Both the position numbers and the translations under genes were made by a program. The notes beneath the pieces are model-generated. The model saw only the letters and a program-made list of their open reading frames with translations. It searched no databases and was not told the origin of the DNA. Positions 58,965 through 64,000 of a stretch of 64,000 bases of DNA are shown here, one piece after another; positions within the stretch are counted from its first letter, which is position 1, and every line of letters begins with the position of its first letter. This DNA is from a virus (taxonomy: Duplodnaviria; Caudoviricetes), in IMG/VR virus record IMGVR_UViG_3300032007_000023, positions 32,001 to 96,000 of that record. The stretch is one strand, 5' to 3'.

Positions 58965-59013
58965 TTCTGTACCAGAGTCTGTCGCTAAAGTAATGCGACT
59001 TGATGACAAATAA
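58870..59013 (+). pseudogene. Duplicated, diverged RusA C-terminal fragment, in frame behind the rusA stop
   Basis: GIMSNDCLIIESHTNKYYSRTPRYEVTITYMDSVPESVAKVMRLDDK versus the RusA end GILRDDCLVTDLDVKKYYSRTPRYEVTITYMEELPDNVKKTMRLD. Confidence 0.8.
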
Positions 59014-59040
59014 TAAATATTACAAGGAGGCTTAATAAAT

Positions 59041-61044
59041 ATGGCAAAAAATGATGATGTTTTGAGCCGCTTTGCGTCTGCCGGTGATAATGCTGTGGGT
59101 CTCATTAACAGGGTTGATGATGCTACTGCTAAATTTCAGCCCGGGATGCGCAGAGGATCAATTGTAAAAAGCGCTCAGGGTAACGTATTTGAGTTCCCTG
59201 TATTTATATCTAACTCTATTCCGTTAGATTATGCAACTGCAACGACATCACTTCTTGAGCAGATTTATGCTGCATATACTCAGATGGCTATATCAATAAA
59301 TCCCGTTGTTGATGCTGCATCTGTTAAGAATGGTCTTCAGTTTGCTGACTTTAAGACTAAGACAAACAAGTATCTCGAGTACACAGATACATCATATCAG
59401 CATGATGCATGTCATGCTGTCTACCAGGAAGATGGAACTCAGTTTGAATTCAATATGCTTTCTATTGAAGATGCTGATGCCCGTCTTATCAATGAAGCTG
59501 TTGATCATCAGCCACTTTCCGAATTTGATCACTTCTTCCAGGAGGCTGTTGGTGACAATCCTGATGACTATACCGCATCATATCCAATGCCAGTTGTTGA
59601 TAATCATGGTAATATTGAGACCCCTCTGCAGTTCCAGCCAGATCCCAATAATCCCAACGGGGTTAGATATGTAACATTGGCAGAACTCAATAGAGAAATA
59701 AATAGTGATCCTACTGTCACATTTAATTTCACAGGAAGACGTGATGAACCACAGCTCAATGGTTATATAAATTGGGTAAATAGTAATCATCTCACAAGAC
59801 CATCAACAGCGGAGATGAACAACTCTCCTTCTGCTAGCGGTGATGTAACATATGATGATGGTCATGGTAACAGACGTACAATATCAGCACAAGAATTAGA
59901 GGCTGCAAATAGAGCATATGCTTTACAAAGAGCTACTACAGCAACAAGAGCAAATGCTGATATTCAGTATACTGATGGTCGTGGTAGAACAGAAACGATT
60001 ACACCTGATCAACTGGAAGCTGCTAATAGAGCATATAGTATTGCACAGGCTGATGTAGCGAGAAGAAATGCAGAAAAAGCTAATTCGAACTATTACAGAG
60101 GTGCTGACGCTATCAGTACTGGTGCAAAAACTGCATCTGATGTACTCGGTGCTGTTAATACGGGTGCTAATGCTGTTGCTAATGTTGCTACACTTCCTGA
60201 CCAGATCAAACAGGCTAAATATAAGACCAAGATCGATAAGGACCGCTTAGATCATCTTGATGAAGATAGAGCTCTCAAAAAGACAGAAGTATATGGTAAG
60301 ATGAAGACTTCTGATATACACTACATCGATGATAGTAAGTGTCAGAAGCTCAATACTATGAAACCTCTGTTGATGAGTGTTACTATCAACATGCTTAACA
60401 AGGATGATTCACTCCAGCCTATCAACTACATCATTGGTGTTAAGACACATATGCGTGTAATTCCTGCATCTATTCTTCCTGAGGTTGCAAGATATCCTCT
60501 TAAGGAAATGGATAAAATTTCTCGTAAGGTTAAGTGGCGTGCTGGTGAACTCAAGTTCCTGAAGGATCTTGTATTCCGTATCAATGAAAAGAAACAGACT
60601 GCTGCTGATTCTCGTGATCCTAACAGAAAATGGTATCGTCGTCTTTATGAACTTGCACATATGAAGGGTGATGCTCCAACAGAAGCAGTTGTTCAGGGCA
60701 AGTCTATCTTCGGTGCATTCATTCGTGATAAACAGGGTAAGGGTAAGCTTAAGAATGGTCTTATTCCTAATGCTTCAATTATCATGTCACAGAATGATGT
60801 TGATAATATCAAGAACCAGACAGATATAGATCTTCTCAAGGCATCTAATGCTAAGAAGTTCTGTGGTGAACTCTTCCTCATCTCTCTCATCATTGTTGAT
60901 ATCGATGCTGAATCAATTAAGATTCTTCTTCCTGATCAGAACAATGATTACGATGTACATTCTCTTGCTGCCGTTCAAAAGCAGTTGGCTACTCTTGATA
61001 CATCAGGAACCAAGACAAGAGATATGTTCAAATTACTCGGCTAA
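59041..61044 (+). CDS. Putative virion (head) structural protein
   Basis: N-terminal FEFPVFIS..I...ATAT..LLE and C-terminal IGVKT...GELKFLKDLVF...IPNAS..IVD, as in AR9-type virion proteins; strong AAGGAGG RBS. Confidence 0.55.
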   Translation: MAKNDDVLSRFASAGDNAVGLINRVDDATAKFQPGMRRGSIVKSAQGNVFEFPVFISNSIPLDYATATTSLLEQIYAAYTQMAISINPVVDAASVKNGLQFADFKTKTNKYLEYTDTSYQHDACHAVYQEDGTQFEFNMLSIEDADARLINEAVDHQPLSEFDHFFQEAVGDNPDDYTASYPMPVVDNHGNIETPLQFQPDPNNPNGVRYVTLAELNREINSDPTVTFNFTGRRDEPQLNGYINWVNSNHLTRPSTAEMNNSPSASGDVTYDDGHGNRRTISAQELEAANRAYALQRATTATRANADIQYTDGRGRTETITPDQLEAANRAYSIAQADVARRNAEKANSNYYRGADAISTGAKTASDVLGAVNTGANAVANVATLPDQIKQAKYKTKIDKDRLDHLDEDRALKKTEVYGKMKTSDIHYIDDSKCQKLNTMKPLLMSVTINMLNKDDSLQPINYIIGVKTHMRVIPASILPEVARYPLKEMDKISRKVKWRAGELKFLKDLVFRINEKKQTAADSRDPNRKWYRRLYELAHMKGDAPTEAVVQGKSIFGAFIRDKQGKGKLKNGLIPNASIIMSQNDVDNIKNQTDIDLLKASNAKKFCGELFLISLIIVDIDAESIKILLPDQNNDYDVHSLAAVQKQLATLDTSGTKTRDMFKLLG

Positions 61045-61064
61045 TAAGGAGGTTAGTATAAGAT

Positions 61065-62078
61065 ATGTTATTCGATAAAAAGAAAAAGGATGCCAAAGAA
61101 GAGAGTATCAATGATGTGTATATCGAAAAGATACTCGGTGATCTTAAGGATGTCTATACTAATAAAAGTACCGATGAATATAAGAGTAAAGGTGACATAA
61201 CAAAGTCTCCAAACTATGAAAACATCGAGTACCAGCTTGCTCAGCTTTCAACCATTAAGGGTTATCCGGAGAATGATATTAAGGCTCTCAAGGGATGCTT
61301 TAATGTACTTCACAGACCCGCTTTCAAAAAGCAGGTTACAGAATACATGGCTAAACCTAATGAGAAAAACATAGTTTTTGCTATGGCATATTCAGTGGGT
61401 TACAGACTCCTTATAGGCGAACTTGCCCGGGTTATTGCTTCATCTGAGGCAACTGATAAGGGCTTCGTATATAAAGAGGGAAAAATAACCAAAGAAAAAG
61501 ACTACATGCCTATGATAAGAAAGTTTGCTGACGATATCGATAAGAAACTCGATAAGGCAGTTCTCCAGGCTCATAAGTATGTAACACCAGTTCAGGAAGC
61601 TGCTACACTTAAAGCTATAGGTGTTGCTGCTGATATGGTTGTTGGAACCGTTGAAGGTGTATTCAAGGTTATCAACGGAATCTTCCGTGGTGCTGCTTCT
61701 CTTAATCCGATCTCTCTCATAAGTGCTATATTGACAAGATCTTATGATAAGAAGGTTGAAGAGTATGAGAAGATCTCCAAGGAATATGAGATAGCCAAGA
61801 AAGCATATGATGACTATAAGAAGATTCCTGAAGCTCAGCGTAAAAAACGTATCGAGCATAACTATACAAAGATGATCGAGAAGTACAATATTAAGATGAA
61901 TAATCTTAAAGCTAAGATCGATCATTATGATCTCAGATCTCAGAATGATGCAAAGGATAATAAAAAAGAATCCGAAAAGAAGAAGACTGAGACAAAAACA
62001 ACGTCAACATCTACCACAGCAAAAAAGACTGATGGTAAAAAAGATGATGACAAGGGTAAAGATGATTTCGATTTTTAA
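61065..62078 (+). CDS. Putative virion structural protein (coiled coil, Lys-rich tail)
   Basis: KSKGDITK motif, internal VQEA, C-terminal coiled coil; same operon as 59041. Confidence 0.5.
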   Translation: MLFDKKKKDAKEESINDVYIEKILGDLKDVYTNKSTDEYKSKGDITKSPNYENIEYQLAQLSTIKGYPENDIKALKGCFNVLHRPAFKKQVTEYMAKPNEKNIVFAMAYSVGYRLLIGELARVIASSEATDKGFVYKEGKITKEKDYMPMIRKFADDIDKKLDKAVLQAHKYVTPVQEAATLKAIGVAADMVVGTVEGVFKVINGIFRGAASLNPISLISAILTRSYDKKVEEYEKISKEYEIAKKAYDDYKKIPEAQRKKRIEHNYTKMIEKYNIKMNNLKAKIDHYDLRSQNDAKDNKKESEKKKTETKTTSTSTTAKKTDGKKDDDKGKDDFDF

Positions 62079-62080
62079 AC

Positions 62081-62122
62081 AAAAAAGAATCCGGGGTTAT
62101 ACCCCGGATTCCTCTTTCTTCT
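62081..62122. terminator. Bidirectional terminator
   Basis: A-tract, GAATCCGGGG-TTATA-CCCCGGATTC, then a pyrimidine tract. Confidence 0.75.
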
Positions 62123-62377
62123 TTAGCCGTTATCTGTTGCGGCATTCGCAGCGTTCTCGGGCTGCTGTGCGTTCTGCTGATCAATATTCTCCTGCTCTCC
62201 CATTGCCTTAAGCACTCTGTTGATTCTGATCTTGTTGATCGGATATGCAACAATGCTTGCTGCAAGGGAAATGCCTGAAGCGATGTAGCATGTTCCTGTG
62301 AATACGGGATGCTTGCGCTCGAACTTAGTTACCTTTCTTGTGATGCGCTTACATGTCTTCTTATAAGTATTAGCCAT
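62123..62377 (-). CDS. Small single-pass membrane protein (early)
   Basis: Basic N-terminus, hydrophobic VFTGTCYIASGISLAASIVAYPI segment, GAGGAGG RBS. Confidence 0.7.
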   Translation of the reverse strand: MANTYKKTCKRITRKVTKFERKHPVFTGTCYIASGISLAASIVAYPINKIRINRVLKAMGEQENIDQQNAQQPENAANAATDNG

Positions 62378-62470
62378 ATGGGCCTCCTCTCGTGGGTTTG
62401 TCAGGTTATTCCTTCCTGTATTTTTATTTCAGAAGTCAAGAGGTGAAAGGGTCACCTTTCTTTTCTTCTT

Positions 62471-62488
62471 CACAGTAATAATATATAT
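62471..62488 (-). promoter_or_regulatory. Early-type phage promoter
   Basis: Minus strand ATATATATTATTACTGTG. Confidence 0.65.
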
Positions 62489-62565
62489 ACGAAAAACATA
62501 AATAATAGGAATTTTAGGTGGTGTTTCTGGGTAGCATAGAAAAGTTGAGGATTAAGAATACTTAT

Positions 62566-62583
62566 ACATATATAATTTTATCG
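62566..62583 (+). promoter_or_regulatory. Early-type phage promoter
   Basis: ACATATATAATTTTATCG. Confidence 0.55.
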
Positions 62584-62597
62584 GAAGGAGGGATATT

Positions 62598-63008
62598 GTG
62601 AATATTGAAAACATATTACCCTTGATAACTTATATATGTACATATTACTACGATTCGTATTATAATAAAATATTAAATCATGGCGTTAACATACCAGATA
62701 AAATCGTTCCTGCATTAATGAATAGGATATATTCAGATTATGTTAAAACATATGAAACTGAATATGTTCATGACATTTGTATTTTCCCAGGAAATCTGGT
62801 ATATAATAAGACATATGTTTTAGATGAACAATGTCCATCCATAGAAGATATAATTCAAGATATAGATTACTTCATGGATAATTATGATTTTTATAGTGAA
62901 AATATAATACCTATAAATGTAATAAATATAAGTGATCTACCATTTGACAATGGTATCACATATACAAATGAATGGATAAAGCAATTCATTGATGTGTATA
63001 GATTTTAA
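62598..63008 (+). CDS. Hypothetical protein
   Basis: GTG start behind AAGGAGG; 136 aa. Confidence 0.7.
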   Translation: MNIENILPLITYICTYYYDSYYNKILNHGVNIPDKIVPALMNRIYSDYVKTYETEYVHDICIFPGNLVYNKTYVLDEQCPSIEDIIQDIDYFMDNYDFYSENIIPINVINISDLPFDNGITYTNEWIKQFIDVYRF

Positions 63009-63049
63009 ACGAAAGGATGTCACTACAACGAAAGGAGTGTATTCTTATA

Positions 63050-63247
63050 ATGGGAACTTATTCGATAGAAATATTCGATCATAATAATAAGAAGATTGGT
63101 GAATTACCAACAGCAACATCTTCTGAGATTCTCCAGTTTATAAATAAAGGATTTATCGTTATAGATAGAATGACTGGTAATCGAATGACCGAATCTTCTA
63201 TTACTTCAACCATAGGTGTATCAGATGGTCTTATTAATGTAGGCTAA
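63050..63247 (+). CDS. Small hypothetical protein
   Basis: Start reassigned to ATG 63050 behind AAGGAG. Confidence 0.65.
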   Translation: MGTYSIEIFDHNNKKIGELPTATSSEILQFINKGFIVIDRMTGNRMTESSITSTIGVSDGLINVG

Positions 63248-63262
63248 TTTTGTAAATATGAT

Positions 63263-63280
63263 ACACATATTATTACAACG
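63263..63280 (+). promoter_or_regulatory. Early-type phage promoter
   Basis: ACACATATTATTACAACG. Confidence 0.6.
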
Positions 63281-63337
63281 ATTATGGTCTAGATAATTGG
63301 CCATAATAATAAATTTATTTATCAGGAGGAATTATCA

Positions 63338-63763
63338 ATGGCAACTAACAAACCCTTTTCATTCGCTGCTCTTGCTAATTACGGCAACAGCACAGCAGCT
63401 CCCGCTACTAACTTCCAGAAGGCTTTCGTACAGGATGCAAAGAAGTTCGTAGCAAAGTGTGGTTATCCTGGAAAGGATGAGATCGGCATCATGGATGAGA
63501 AGACACCTGATGTAACAAACACAGTGTCTGCAATTCCTGAGTTCGTGTCAGGCTTTATGCATGATGAACAGAGAGCTTTCGATCTTCCTGCACCCGATAA
63601 GAACACTGCTCCTGCAACAATCAAGGTTGAACATGTTGAGGAGAAGAAGTCCGAGGGTATCCAGGCAATGGGTCCTAACAAGGGACAGAAGTGGACTTCT
63701 GTTGTGGCAGCTCATGATGAACCTAAGATCAAGGTTAAGCGTGACGCTTTCAAGAAGAAGTAA
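63338..63763 (+). CDS. Abundant basic protein, possibly a divergent HU/IHF-like DNA-binding protein
   Basis: High-expression codon bias, own promoter and terminator; helix followed by FDLP...ATIKVEHV(arm)GQKWTSVVAAH..PKIK...FKKK recalls the HU beta-arm layout. Confidence 0.4.
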   Translation: MATNKPFSFAALANYGNSTAAPATNFQKAFVQDAKKFVAKCGYPGKDEIGIMDEKTPDVTNTVSAIPEFVSGFMHDEQRAFDLPAPDKNTAPATIKVEHVEEKKSEGIQAMGPNKGQKWTSVVAAHDEPKIKVKRDAFKKK

Positions 63764-63779
63764 TTAATCAAAGAAACAT

Positions 63780-63812
63780 TAACAGGGGATTCGTCCCCTG
63801 TTATTTGTTTTT
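63780..63812 (+). terminator. Intrinsic terminator with a UUCG loop
   Basis: TAACAGGGGA-TTCG-TCCCCTGTTA followed by TTTGTTTTT. Confidence 0.8.
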
Positions 63813-63841
63813 ATAATTTTATGTAGAAAGGACTGATAAAC

Positions 63842-64000
63842 ATGAGTGATCTAATGTACAATCCCCATCCGGTAGATATTGTTGAAGATAGGTTCGCACC
63901 TATAGAGAAACGTCAACGTGACTTAACTAAGATGCTTCTTGCTAAAGATGGTCTCTTATTGAAATTCATAACTAATCCAACGAATGACGAAATAGCTATA
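63842..64000 (+). CDS. Hypothetical protein, 3'-truncated by the window edge
   Basis: AAAGGA RBS; MSDLMYNPHPVDIVED... stays open to the end of the window. Confidence 0.6.
   Translation, partial: MSDLMYNPHPVDIVEDRFAPIEKRQRDLTKMLLAKDGLLLKFITNPTNDEIAI

Noticed and set aside
290-63767. Numerous 60-160-aa antisense or alternate-frame ORFs in the track
   Set aside because: They lie within longer genes that have recognisable motifs, lack RBSs, and look like shadow ORFs.
1-64000. Stop-codon reassignment (TAG/TGA recoding), as seen in some gut jumbo phages
   Set aside because: Long conserved genes are intact under the standard code and coding density is high. The few TAG stops (11237, 11688, 15026) fall at plausible gene ends; one read-through to an ATGA overlap at 11207 is compatible with chance.
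1-64000. tRNA or rRNA genes
   Set aside because: No cloverleaf with a T-loop GTTCGA context or rRNA-like segment was recognised in the short intergenic regions; a tRNAscan-SE run would confirm.

Overview
64 kb, AT-rich (roughly one-third GC), gene-dense segment of a tailed jumbo myophage of the phiKZ-related AR9/PBS1/phiR1-37 type. It is read in the standard genetic code and has strong Firmicutes-style GGAGG ribosome-binding sites. It encodes a portal (5'-truncated), an SF2 helicase, the large terminase, three split multisubunit RNA polymerase subunits (probable non-virion betaC and beta'C, probable virion beta'N with the DxDGD motif), tail tube and an enlarged tail sheath, a GyrB split into two genes, a 5'-3' nuclease-like protein, a BCS1-like AAA+ ATPase, a roughly 22 kb baseplate/tail-fibre block, RusA and probable head proteins. 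Two recurring phage promoter classes and a family of GC-rich hairpins can be read directly. The best candidate for a new system is a 1253-aa tail-fibre-like protein carrying a Ruminococcus-type dockerin (two Ca-binding repeats separated by an insert), suggesting the phage docks on host cellulosome/cell-surface cohesins. Other notable items: a probable -1 frameshift joining gp26-like and gp51-like tail-assembly ORFs; the split gyrB; an in-frame spare C-terminus behind rusA; a nested-domain glycine-rich receptor protein; and a promoter/terminator-bounded multi-hairpin ncRNA candidate. All assignments come from motif recognition by eye; no database searches were run.
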